Assembly (NCBI GenBank): GCA_003282225.1
Contig: QBZO01000001.1
Coordinates: 2,754 to 66,753 of the forward strand
Source: Prochlorococcus sp. AG-335-I21
Lineage (GTDB): Bacteria > Cyanobacteriota > Cyanobacteriia > PCC-6307 > Cyanobiaceae
DNA: 64,000 bases
Direction of reading: 5' to 3'
The position numbers were made by a program, and so were the translations under genes. Below are positions 23,132-33,103 of this stretch, one piece after another. Under the pieces are notes generated by a model. The model saw only the letters and a list, made by a program, of their open reading frames with translations. It was not told the origin of the DNA and ran no database searches. The first letter of the stretch is position 1, and each line of letters opens with the position of its first letter.

Positions 23132-23860
23132 TCAAAGTTGAAAATCATCCCCCAAATAAAACTTTTTCACTATTTGATTATTTGCAAGTTCATCAGATGA
23201 TCCATGCGCAAGTATCTTTCCTTCACTTAAAACATATGATTTAGTTGTAATTAATAGAGTCTCTCTTACATTATGGTCTGTAATAAGAATTCCCATTCCA
23301 TTCTCACTAAGTTTAATAATAAGTTTCTTTAAATCATTTACAGCTAAGGGATCGATCCCTGCAAAAGGCTCATCCAAAAGTAAATATTTAGGTCCTTTTC
23401 TACCAACTGATAGGGCTCTTGCTATTTCACACCTTCTTCTCTCCCCTCCTGATAGTTGATAACCATAATTATCAACAACTTTATTCAGATTAAATTCATT
23501 AATTATTTTTTCTCTCTTATTTCTTACTATTGCGCTTCTAGAAAATGAATTCTGTAATGCTAAGTCAATATTTTCTTTAACTGTTAGATCTCTAAAAATA
23601 CTTGCTTCTTGAGTTAAATATCCTAAGCCAAGTTTTGCTCTACTAGGCAAAGGTAAATTTTTTATAGATTTACTATTCATTAATATATCTCCCTTATCAG
23701 GTTTTAAATTGCCAACCGCAAGATTAAAAGTAGATGTTTTACCTGCACCATTTGGTCCCATTAAACCAACAATTTCGCCTGGGCAAACTTTTATAGAGAC
23801 ATCATTTACTATTAATTTTCCTTCAATAGTAAGAAAGACGTTCTTTATTTCAAAATTCAT
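23132..23860 (-). CDS. lptB: LPS export ABC ATPase
   Basis: GPNGAGKT, QEASIFR, LSGGERRRCEIAR, DEPFAGIDP, TDHNVRETL. Confidence 0.93.
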   Translation of the reverse strand: MNFEIKNVFLTIEGKLIVNDVSIKVCPGEIVGLMGPNGAGKTSTFNLAVGNLKPDKGDILMNSKSIKNLPLPSRAKLGLGYLTQEASIFRDLTVKENIDLALQNSFSRSAIVRNKREKIINEFNLNKVVDNYGYQLSGGERRRCEIARALSVGRKGPKYLLLDEPFAGIDPLAVNDLKKLIIKLSENGMGILITDHNVRETLLITTKSYVLSEGKILAHGSSDELANNQIVKKFYLGDDFQL

Positions 23861-23864
23861 TTTT

Positions 23865-24233
23865 CTATTTTCTCACTAGATAAGGCTTGTCATTTTCGTT
23901 TAATGTTTCTTTGTATTGAAGTTTTCTTAATAATTCCTCAAGACATTTACAAAAAGATTCGAGATCTATCCCTAAATCAATATATGTTCTATTTTTTATC
24001 CTACCTAAGCCTTCTCCCATTAATATAGTCGCTCCATTTAGATTCCCTTTACTTAAATGGAATTGAGAAACGGATACTTGAAGTATCCCTTGTATAATTT
24101 GTCTCTCGTCTCCATCGAGGTTATTCCATATATCTTCAAAAGCATCATGAGCTTCATACCATTTTTGATTATTAAAAAGATTTAAAGCATCTAAAAAAAT
24201 ATCCTCGAAACTTTTATTATCTTCTTCTCTCAT
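23865..24233 (-). CDS. DUF309 protein
   Basis: LFN..WYEAHDAFEDIW, QGILQ. Confidence 0.88.
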   Translation of the reverse strand: MREEDNKSFEDIFLDALNLFNNQKWYEAHDAFEDIWNNLDGDERQIIQGILQVSVSQFHLSKGNLNGATILMGEGLGRIKNRTYIDLGIDLESFCKCLEELLRKLQYKETLNENDKPYLVRK

Positions 24234-24238
24234 AATCT

Positions 24239-26038
24239 TTATTTTTTAATTGCCTTCTTATTTAATTTCCTCATTCTTATAGAATCAGGCGTTACCTCAA
24301 GCATTTCATCGGAACCTATATATTCAAGTGCTCTCTCAAGAGTAATATCAACAGGAGATTGTAAGGTATCTAATTCTTCCGCTCCAGCAGATCTCATGTT
24401 AGTCAATTGCTTTGTTTTACAAATATTTAACTCTAGATCTTGTGATCTATTATTCTCGCCAATAATCATACCTTTATAAACTTTCACTCCTGGTTTAATA
24501 AAATAAACACCTCTATCTTCTGCATTTTTCAACGCATAGAAAGTTGCAACACCCTCTTCAAAAGAAATAAGTACACCATTTCTTCTCGTTTCGAAATCTC
24601 CAGCTTTAGGTTTATATTCATAGAAGGAATGACTCATGATTCCTTCACCTCTAGTTATTCGAACAAATTCACCACGAAAGCCTATAAGCCCTCTTGATGG
24701 TACAAGAAATTCTAATTGAGTTCTTCCATCTGAACTTGTCTGCATATTTTTCATCTCAGCCTTTCTTGATCCTAATTTTTCAATGCAAGAGCCAACAGCT
24801 ACTTCTGGCACGTCTAAAACTAACGTTTCTATAGGTTCACATTGAACACCATCAATTTCTCTAAAAATAACTTGGGGTTGCGAGATTTGGAATTCAAACC
24901 CCTCTCTTCTCATTGTTTCTATCAAAATCCCCAAATGAAGCTCACCTCTCCCGGAGACAGAAAATCTATCTGGAGAATCTGTTTCTTCAACTCTTAGAGC
25001 TACATTAGTTAATAATTCCCTTTCCAATCTATTTTTTAATTGTCTGCTCGTAACAAATTTTCCCTCTTTGCCAGCAAATGGGGAGTCATTCACAACAAAA
25101 GTCATATTAAGTGTTGGTTCATCAACCTTAATTAAAGGAAGTGGATGAGGAGAGTCAGGACAAGCAATTGTCTCCCCAATATTTACATCATCGAAACCTG
25201 ATACAGCAACAATATCTCCAGCAAAAGCTTCATTAATATCAATTCTTTGTAATCCCTCAAATCCTAAAAGCTTACTAACTTTACCCTTGATAGTTTTCCC
25301 ACTTTCTTTTATTAGGCTTGCTTGTTGGCCATTTTTTATAGTTCCATTATGAATCTTTCCAATCACAATTCTTCCTAAAAAATCAGAATAATCCAAAGTT
25401 GTAATTTGGAGCTGCAAAGGCTTATTTAGATCCCCTACAGGTGGTGGAACATGTCTAAGAATAGCTTCAAAAAGGGGCATCATATTATCATTATTCAATT
25501 CCATTTCCTCTTTTGCGAAACCAGATAATCCACTACCGAATAAATAAGGAAAATCACATTGATCATCATCTGCACCTAATTCAAGGAATAAATCAAGAAC
25601 TTTATCCACCGCAATTTCTGGAACTACTCTAGGCCTATCAATTTTATTTACAAAAACTATAGGCCTAAGACCTTTTTCTAATGCTTTTTTTAATACAAAC
25701 CTTGTTTGAGGCATTGGACCCTCATTAGCATCAACGATTAATAAACAACCATCAACCATGCCCAAAACCCTCTCAACCTCTCCTCCAAAGTCAGCATGTC
25801 CAGGTGTATCGATAATATTGATTCTCGTGTTTTTATAATTAACAGCCGTATTTTTTGAAAGTATTGTTATCCCTCTTTCTCTCTCGAGGTCATTTGAATC
25901 CATTACACAAGTTGGAACTACTTCGTTATCTCTAAATATTCCAGATTGAGATAATAATGCATCGACTAAGGTTGTTTTTCCATGATCTACATGAGCTATA
26001 ATTGCTACATTTCTTATTTCTTTAATTGAAGCTGACAT
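24239..26038 (-). CDS. typA: Translational GTPase TypA/BipA
   Basis: [32 protein letters not shown]. Confidence 0.98.
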   Translation of the reverse strand: MSASIKEIRNVAIIAHVDHGKTTLVDALLSQSGIFRDNEVVPTCVMDSNDLERERGITILSKNTAVNYKNTRINIIDTPGHADFGGEVERVLGMVDGCLLIVDANEGPMPQTRFVLKKALEKGLRPIVFVNKIDRPRVVPEIAVDKVLDLFLELGADDDQCDFPYLFGSGLSGFAKEEMELNNDNMMPLFEAILRHVPPPVGDLNKPLQLQITTLDYSDFLGRIVIGKIHNGTIKNGQQASLIKESGKTIKGKVSKLLGFEGLQRIDINEAFAGDIVAVSGFDDVNIGETIACPDSPHPLPLIKVDEPTLNMTFVVNDSPFAGKEGKFVTSRQLKNRLERELLTNVALRVEETDSPDRFSVSGRGELHLGILIETMRREGFEFQISQPQVIFREIDGVQCEPIETLVLDVPEVAVGSCIEKLGSRKAEMKNMQTSSDGRTQLEFLVPSRGLIGFRGEFVRITRGEGIMSHSFYEYKPKAGDFETRRNGVLISFEEGVATFYALKNAEDRGVYFIKPGVKVYKGMIIGENNRSQDLELNICKTKQLTNMRSAGAEELDTLQSPVDITLERALEYIGSDEMLEVTPDSIRMRKLNKKAIKK

Positions 26039-26151
26039 CTAAAAAATTGTGAACCAATAATTAATATATTAAGGCTAACTCAAAGAATGCTTATTCTGAA
26101 AGATTTGCCCATAAGACTTTGAAAATCATATAAAAAATTGTTATTAGTTCT

Positions 26152-26901
26152 TCAATTTTGTAGCTTTTTCAATTTCCTATTTGATGCTTCAAAAACTTTA
26201 AGTGCTTCAATCGATCCTTCATATCTCCAATGCCAAGGCTCATACTCAACATTTTCATTATTTTTATTGAAAGATAATTTGAAGTGATACTTAGCTGCAT
26301 TTTCTTTAAGCCACCTAAAAGCATCCGTATTCTCAAATTCAACTTCAAAGTCTGTTTCTCTTTTATAAGCATCTCCGATATCAATAGCGAAACCCGTACT
26401 ATGTTCAGAATAACCAGGAGGTGCAGAGACCTTAGCCCTCTCAGCAGCAATCTGATTTTTCATAGATTTTAAAGAATAGAAAATATCTTTCTGTAGATTT
26501 ATTGATCTGTAACCACTTAGGAATACCAAATTTATACCATTTTTTTTCGCATCATCTCTCATTTTGAGAAGGGATTTTCTCATATCTATATGAACCTCAA
26601 TATTAGGTTCAATAAAAACCAATTTTTCTTTTGAAATTTCGTTATAGGGTAAATGACCCAAAATACTAAGATCGTCATTTACAGTTTCTTTACTATTAGT
26701 AATTCTAAAAAAATAAACTTTAAAATTACTCTTAAATGCCGGGGAAATAAATGGTAATAAAAATATTAGAAAAAAAACTATAAATATAAGGTATTTCTTT
26801 AATTTAAAATTATGTTCCTTTAAATTTCTTCTCTCAGCAACTTGTATATCTATATAATCATTTATAGGATTCTTTTTTTTCAATCTAAATTTTTTAATCA
26901 A
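26152..26901 (-). CDS. M15B D-alanyl-D-alanine carboxypeptidase (VanY-like)
   Basis: SGYRS, APPGYSEHSTGFAID, YEPWHWRY; N-terminal TM segment; start uncertain. Confidence 0.9.
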   Translation of the reverse strand: MIKKFRLKKKNPINDYIDIQVAERRNLKEHNFKLKKYLIFIVFFLIFLLPFISPAFKSNFKVYFFRITNSKETVNDDLSILGHLPYNEISKEKLVFIEPNIEVHIDMRKSLLKMRDDAKKNGINLVFLSGYRSINLQKDIFYSLKSMKNQIAAERAKVSAPPGYSEHSTGFAIDIGDAYKRETDFEVEFENTDAFRWLKENAAKYHFKLSFNKNNENVEYEPWHWRYEGSIEALKVFEASNRKLKKLQN

Positions 26902-26991
26902 AAAGATATTTCGATATTAACTATTAATTTACGAAATGAACTTTTATTAGGAAATTGATGTAGTTTTTTAATAGGATACAATTTTTTTAAT

Positions 26992-28324
26992 ATGTTGAGA
27001 GTTGCTGTTATCGGTGGAGGTCCAAGTGGTTCATGTGCTGCTGAAATACTTGCTAAATCTGGAATAAAAACTTGGATTTTTGAAAGGAAGTTAGATAATG
27101 CAAAACCTTGTGGAGGAGCCATTCCTCTTTGCATGGTTGAAGAATTTGACTTACCAGAAACAATTATAGATAGAAAAGTAAGACATATGAAAATGATATC
27201 TCCCTCCAATAGAGAAGTTGATATTAGCTTGGATAATGTTTATGGCAAAAGTGATAATGAATATATAGGAATGTGCAGAAGAGAGGTGATGGATGCATTT
27301 ATGAGAAACAGAGCTTCTGAACTTGGGGCAACATTAGTAAATGGATTAGTTACTTCAATTGATACTGGAAATGATAATCAAGGTCCATACAAACTTTCAT
27401 ATTCAGATTTTTCTTCTGGAGACAAGAAAGGAGAACTTAAAGAGTTAACCGTAGACCTCTTAATTGGAGCTGATGGTGCCAACAGCAGAGTTGCCAAAGC
27501 TATGGATGCTGGCGATTACAAAGTGGCAATTGCATTCCAAGAAAGAATTAAATTGCCTAAAGAAGAGATGAGTTACTACGAAGACCTTGCTGAGATGTAT
27601 GTAGGGACTGATGTTTCTCCCGATTTTTATGGATGGGTATTTCCTAAATATGATCATGTCGCAGTAGGGACAGGCACAATGCAAAAAAACCAATCCTTAA
27701 TAAAAGGCCTTCAAGAAGGAGTAAGAAATAGAGCAAAAAAAAGACTTGTAAATGGTGAAGTTATAAAAGTTGAAGCACATCCTATCCCTGAGCATCCAAG
27801 ACCTCGAAGAGTTGTAGGGAGAATGGCTCTGGTAGGAGATGCAGCAGGATATGTAACAAAAAGCTCTGGAGAAGGTATTTATTTTGCTGCGAAAAGTGGG
27901 AGAATGTGTGCTGAAGAAATCGTTGAAGCTTCAAAAAATGGGCAAGAAATTCCATCAGAAAAAGATTTAAAAAATTATTTAAAAAAAATGGGACAAAAAA
28001 TACGGTACAACTTACAAGGTACTAGAAATTCTTCAAAATATTTTTTATAGAAATGATTCTGCTAGAGAAGCTTTTGTAGAAATGTGTGATGACATGGATG
28101 TTCAAAGACTCACTTTTGATAGTTACCTTTACAAACGAGTTGTTGCGATGAAACCCCTTCAGCAAATTAAACTTACCATGCTTACTCTTGGATCAATTTT
28201 AAGAGGAAAAGCACTAGCACCACTAAAGTATAAACCAGTTAGTAGTGCTGTAAGAGAAGAAAAAGAGGTAGAAAAAATGTTAAAGAACTATTCAATTAAA
28301 GGTGGAATTAAAGTTAAGAGTTAA
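26992..28324 (+). CDS. chlP: Geranylgeranyl reductase, apparent +1 frameshift in A8 run at 27981-27988
   Basis: GGGPSG, KPCGG, GDAAG; removing one A restores YLKKWDKKYGTTYKVL and joins the 28082-28324 ORF. Confidence 0.93.
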
Positions 28325-30476
28325 AAAGGGTAAAGTCAGCAATTTTTAAAGAGTAGTTCCTTACCAAACCTAATAAATTGAGACGATTATTTCTAATTTC
28401 AGGATTTCCTGCCATTATTAGAACACCACTTTCATTATCAAAAATTTCATTAAGATTATTAGAGTTAGACTCAAATATTTTGAATAGTTGAAAATAATCC
28501 CAATTAGTTAATTTAATAATTTCTTCTAATTCTTTGATGAACTCAAATACCTTATTTTCACATTCTTTTTCAAACAGATCTGGATTTACATAAAGTTTGT
28601 ATGAAAAAATTGTTGTTTTAAGATTTCCACTTTCTGCCAATTTACTAACTCTCGAGATAACTTTTTGAATTTCAGAAAAATTTGGTTTCTTTTTAAGTTG
28701 GTTAATAGTGTTAATTCTATTTTTTAAATCCAAAATATTCAATATTTTTTTTTCAGCTGATGAATTAATAAAACAAGTAGCTTTAATTAGATCTTTACTG
28801 ATTGATAATTCATCAAGATGGCTAACTATTCTTTGATTAGTAAATTCAATTAAGTCATTTAAAACTTTTTCTTTCATGAATTTCAAATTTGGTAATGAGA
28901 TTTTCCAATATTCAAGAAGTTCCTCAAAAATATTTTCAAGGTCCAAATCAAATTCGAATTGCCAAATAATTAGAATAACTCCGTTTAAATTTCTTCTAAG
29001 TGCATATGGGTCAGATGAACCACTTGGTCTTTTTCCAGATATAAATATACTTATTAAAGTTTCTATTTTGTCTGAGATCGAAATAATAGCTCCATATTTT
29101 GTAGAAGGTAAATCATCTTTATAAAAACTAGGCAAATAATGTTCTGCTACAGCTATACATATTTCTTTACTAAAGCCTTCATTTCGTAAGTATTTCCCAC
29201 CCATTATCCCTTGCAATTCAGGAAATTCATAAACAATTTCACTGCATAAGTCGTTTTTACAGTACTTTGCAGCTTCTTTAGTTTTTTCACTATCTAAAGA
29301 TTGATCATTTAAATAATTTAGTATCTTATCTGAGGTAGTCTCAATTCGTTTTACTCTCTGAGCAACATTACCCATCCCTTTCAAATAAGAAACCGTTTTA
29401 AGTTTTTCATTCCTTTCTTTAGAAGAAACTTTTGTATCACTTTCTACAAAAAACTTAGCATCAGAGAATCTTGCCCTTAATACTTTTTCATTTCCCTTAG
29501 AAATAATATTATTAGATTCTCTTAGACCATTAGATAAAACAAAGAAATTAGTACTTATAACTTTTTCAGAACTCAAATCTAATTTAGAAAATATTCTATT
29601 TTTGTTTAGAAGAGGAATATATCTTTGGTGATTTTTCATTACAGTTGAGAGAACCTCAACAGGTAAATTAAGAAATTGCTTATCAAAGTTACTAATTAAT
29701 AAATTAGCAGATTCAACTAAATCAGTTAATTCGTTAAGTAAATTATCAGAAAGATCAGGATCTAAATTTACCAATTGAGATTCATGATTTATGAGATTAA
29801 CAATTTTTTCTTTTCTTTCATCTCTTTTAACAAAAACTCCACTCTTAGCCATTAATTCAAAATAATTATCTGGAGAATGAATTTCAATAACTTTATTAAT
29901 TAATCTATGACTTTTTGATATGTTGCCTATTGAAATCTTAGGATCACATTCATCAAAAACAAAATCAAGAATTTCATCGTTGTAAAGTGAGACTATCCAT
30001 CTGATTGGTCTTGAAAATTTAAAGCTTCCACTACCCCATTTCATAAAACGAGGGCCTTGCAAATTTTTTATTACTTTAGGGATTATTGAAGATAAAAAAG
30101 ATCTTGTAGATTCTCCTTTCTCAATTTTTGTTCCAAATACGAACTCACCCTTTTCTGTTTCTCTTATTTCTAAGTCATCTATATTTATTCCTAAACTATT
30201 TGCAAAACCTATAGCAGCATTAGTAGGCACGCCATTAAGAAATGCAGAAGTAGCTTTTGGACCTTTTCTTATTACTGTCTTATCAGCCGCCTGATCAACT
30301 AATCCCTCGAGAAATAGAACTATTCTTCTTGGTGTGGAGGTGCAAATAATATTTTTAAATTTGATAAGTTTCTTATCAAATTCAAATTCTATAAGAGAGT
30401 TGATTTGATTTATTACAGAATGAGAAAAATTGGCTGGCAACTCTTCTGTTCCTATCTCAAGTAAATATTTAGACAA
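28314..30476 (-). CDS. glyS: Glycyl-tRNA synthetase beta subunit
   Basis: LLEIGTEELP, STPRR, EFPELQG, GSSDPYALRR, RNNRL. Confidence 0.97.
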   Translation of the reverse strand: MSKYLLEIGTEELPANFSHSVINQINSLIEFEFDKKLIKFKNIICTSTPRRIVLFLEGLVDQAADKTVIRKGPKATSAFLNGVPTNAAIGFANSLGINIDDLEIRETEKGEFVFGTKIEKGESTRSFLSSIIPKVIKNLQGPRFMKWGSGSFKFSRPIRWIVSLYNDEILDFVFDECDPKISIGNISKSHRLINKVIEIHSPDNYFELMAKSGVFVKRDERKEKIVNLINHESQLVNLDPDLSDNLLNELTDLVESANLLISNFDKQFLNLPVEVLSTVMKNHQRYIPLLNKNRIFSKLDLSSEKVISTNFFVLSNGLRESNNIISKGNEKVLRARFSDAKFFVESDTKVSSKERNEKLKTVSYLKGMGNVAQRVKRIETTSDKILNYLNDQSLDSEKTKEAAKYCKNDLCSEIVYEFPELQGIMGGKYLRNEGFSKEICIAVAEHYLPSFYKDDLPSTKYGAIISISDKIETLISIFISGKRPSGSSDPYALRRNLNGVILIIWQFEFDLDLENIFEELLEYWKISLPNLKFMKEKVLNDLIEFTNQRIVSHLDELSISKDLIKATCFINSSAEKKILNILDLKNRINTINQLKKKPNFSEIQKVISRVSKLAESGNLKTTIFSYKLYVNPDLFEKECENKVFEFIKELEEIIKLTNWDYFQLFKIFESNSNNLNEIFDNESGVLIMAGNPEIRNNRLNLLGLVRNYSLKIADFTLFNS

Positions 30477-30563
30477 GACTAATTTATGGCTATTACAACT
30501 ATAATTTACTACCAGTTAAATAAGCTTTTCGCTAATGTATAAAAAGAGATATGTTTTGGTCCC

Positions 30564-32355
30564 TTGATCAAAGTCGAAAAAGTAAAAAAGAAAAAAGAGA
30601 TCGCGAAACAAGAAACAGTTTGTTTGGCAAATGGTCTTGAAGTTTCTAAATTTGAAAATTTCAAGAAAGGTAGTGAATTTCTTAAAGAGCCACTTGCAAG
30701 CGAATTAAAAAATGATAGCGATCATTTTACTAATGATGCTGTTCAACTATTAAAATTCCATGGAAGTTATCAACAAGATAATAGAGAAAATAGAAAACCT
30801 GGCAAAAGTAAAGATTGGCAGATGATGCTTAGGCTAAGAAGTCCAGGTGGGGAAATCCCAGGGAATTTATTTCTATCTTTAGATGAATTATCTGACAAGC
30901 TTGGAAATGGCACGCTCAGGGTGACAACTAGACAAGCTTTCCAAATGCATGGTATCAGAAAAGATAATTTGAAGGAGGTAATTAAATCTATTGTAAATTC
31001 TATGGGCTCAACTTTAGCTGCCTGTGGGGATATAAATAGAAACGTCATGGCTCCAGCCGCACCTTTTGAAACAGCTGAATACACAAATGCAAGAACTTTG
31101 GCAGTAAAAGTTGCTGATCTTTTAACACCTGTAGCCGGACAAGGAACCTTTTTGGAGTTATGGGCTGACGGAGATTTGGAATACACGATAAAACCAGATA
31201 AAGAAATTGAAGAGAAGAGGAAATTACAGTTCAAAGAGAATGTTTTTAGCGGGACTAAAAAAGAACCTCTATATGGATCAACCTACTTACCAAGAAAGTT
31301 TAAATGTGCAGTTACCGTCCCAGGTGATAATTCTGTTGACCTTCTCACTAATGATATTGGAATAGTTGCATTCACATCTAAAGTAGGATCCTTCGAAGGA
31401 TGTAATTTTTATATCGGTGGAGGTATGGGGCGAACTCATAATAATGAAGAGACCTTTGCAAGAATTGCAGATCCACTTGGTTATGTTGAAAATAAAGACA
31501 CGTATGAACTAATTCAAAGTATCGTTGCCATTCAAAGAGATTATGGAGATAGGAAATCAAGGAAAAAATTCCAGAATGAAATACCTTTTGAATAGGAAAG
31601 GTATTAAATGGTTTAAAAAAATACTTTTAGACAAATACTTTAGAAAAGAAATTAAGCCTTTAAGAAAAGAACCTGAGAATAAATTAATTGATTATCTAGG
31701 TTGGCATAAACAAAATGAAGATTATTTTTTTGTTGGACTACCTTTATTATCAGGAAGGCTTTCTGGAAAGAAGAAATCATTAATAAGAGATCTTGTTAAA
31801 GAAAATGACCTTAATTTAAGACTTACTCCTAATCAAGATATTTTGCTTTGTAATATTCACAATAAAAACAAAAGCAAAATTAAAAAGGCCTTAAAAAAGA
31901 TTGGATATGACAATCTTAATGATATCAATGAAATTCAAAGACACGCTCTAGCGTGTCCAGCACTTCCTCTTTGTGGTCTAGCCATGACCGAAGCTGAAAG
32001 AATTTTACCTGAAGTTCTTACTAGAATAGAAAACCTATTAACTGATATGAATATAGAAAAGACCATATTATTTAGAATGACAGGATGTCCTAATGGATGT
32101 ACAAGACCTTATATGGCAGAATTAGCTCTTGTTGGGAGTGGGCAGAATAAATATCAACTATGGTTAGGGGGAAGTAAAAACCTTCAAAGATTAGCTAAAC
32201 CATATTTGCAAAGAATGGAACTTGATGATTTAGAAAGAACTATTAAACCTTTATTAGAATTTTGGAAAAAAAGCAGCGCCGAAAATGATTTTGGGGATTT
32301 TATTAACAATCAAAAAGAATCTTTCATTAAAAATTTACTAAGCGAGATAAATTAA
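30564..32355 (+). CDS. sir: Ferredoxin-sulfite reductase, apparent +1 frameshift in A6 run at 31563-31568
   Basis: KFHGSYQQD, ACGDINRN, LPRKFK, ACPALPLC, TGCPNGC; removing one A gives DRKSRKNSRMKYLL. Confidence 0.93.
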
Positions 32356-32358
32356 ATA

Positions 32359-33045
32359 TCATATTTTCCCATACAAAGCATTAAGCTTTTTATTTTTCCA
32401 AGCCCATATTTGATCTCCATAACTAAAATGCCACCACTCGTTTGGATGCTGAACAAATTCAAATTTAATCATAATATCTTTTAGTAACTTTCTTCGATTA
32501 TTCCAGATAATTGCATCTTCATTATCAATATTATTGTAAAAATCTGGTTTTGATTTATCATCCATCTGGTCAATATTACTTCCCATATCCATAATATTTC
32601 CATACTTATCGGCCAAAGTGATATCTAAAGCACCTCCAGTTGAATGTGGTGGTGGACATCTGTCATCGAACGAAGGATATGCCCAAAATTTCTCAACATT
32701 TTTTTTAACTATGGGATATCGTTCCATGTCTTGTTCAGAAGCATCAATATCTAGCCTTTCACATTCCAAAATAAATGCTCTATTGAACATAAATTTTTGA
32801 ACTTCGATAGGTCGCCAACTGTCATAAATCAAAAGGGATAAACTATTATTTTTTAATTTTAAAAAATCATTTACTTTTACTAATCTCTTTACAACTTCTT
32901 CTCTTAATTTCCATATGGACTTTTTTCCCTTATAAGGAGCACCTAAATCATAGTAAGGATGAGGACTAAAAAAGTTAAAACAACTTGGTATTGCAATTAA
33001 TTTATCTTTATTCTCCTCAATTGGGATTTTATTCCAAATTTTCAA
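32359..33045 (-). CDS. M15D D-Ala-D-Ala dipeptidase (VanX-like)
   Basis: DSWRP, PHSTGGALDITL, EWWHFSYGD. Confidence 0.9.
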   Translation of the reverse strand: MKIWNKIPIEENKDKLIAIPSCFNFFSPHPYYDLGAPYKGKKSIWKLREEVVKRLVKVNDFLKLKNNSLSLLIYDSWRPIEVQKFMFNRAFILECERLDIDASEQDMERYPIVKKNVEKFWAYPSFDDRCPPPHSTGGALDITLADKYGNIMDMGSNIDQMDDKSKPDFYNNIDNEDAIIWNNRRKLLKDIMIKFEFVQHPNEWWHFSYGDQIWAWKNKKLNALYGKI

Positions 33046-33103
33046 TGAACTTTATCTATTGATTTTATATTTGCATATATTTAAAAATTGACAATTAAAA
33101 GTA

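Noticed and set aside
26992-32355. chlP and sir as true pseudogenes or programmed frameshifts
   Set aside because: Each has a single +1 A in a homopolymer, with no other decay and no stimulatory structure seen; both are core functions
26152-33045. VanY- and VanX-like genes as glycopeptide resistance
   Set aside because: Unlinked housekeeping peptidoglycan peptidases; no vanA/H/R/S context
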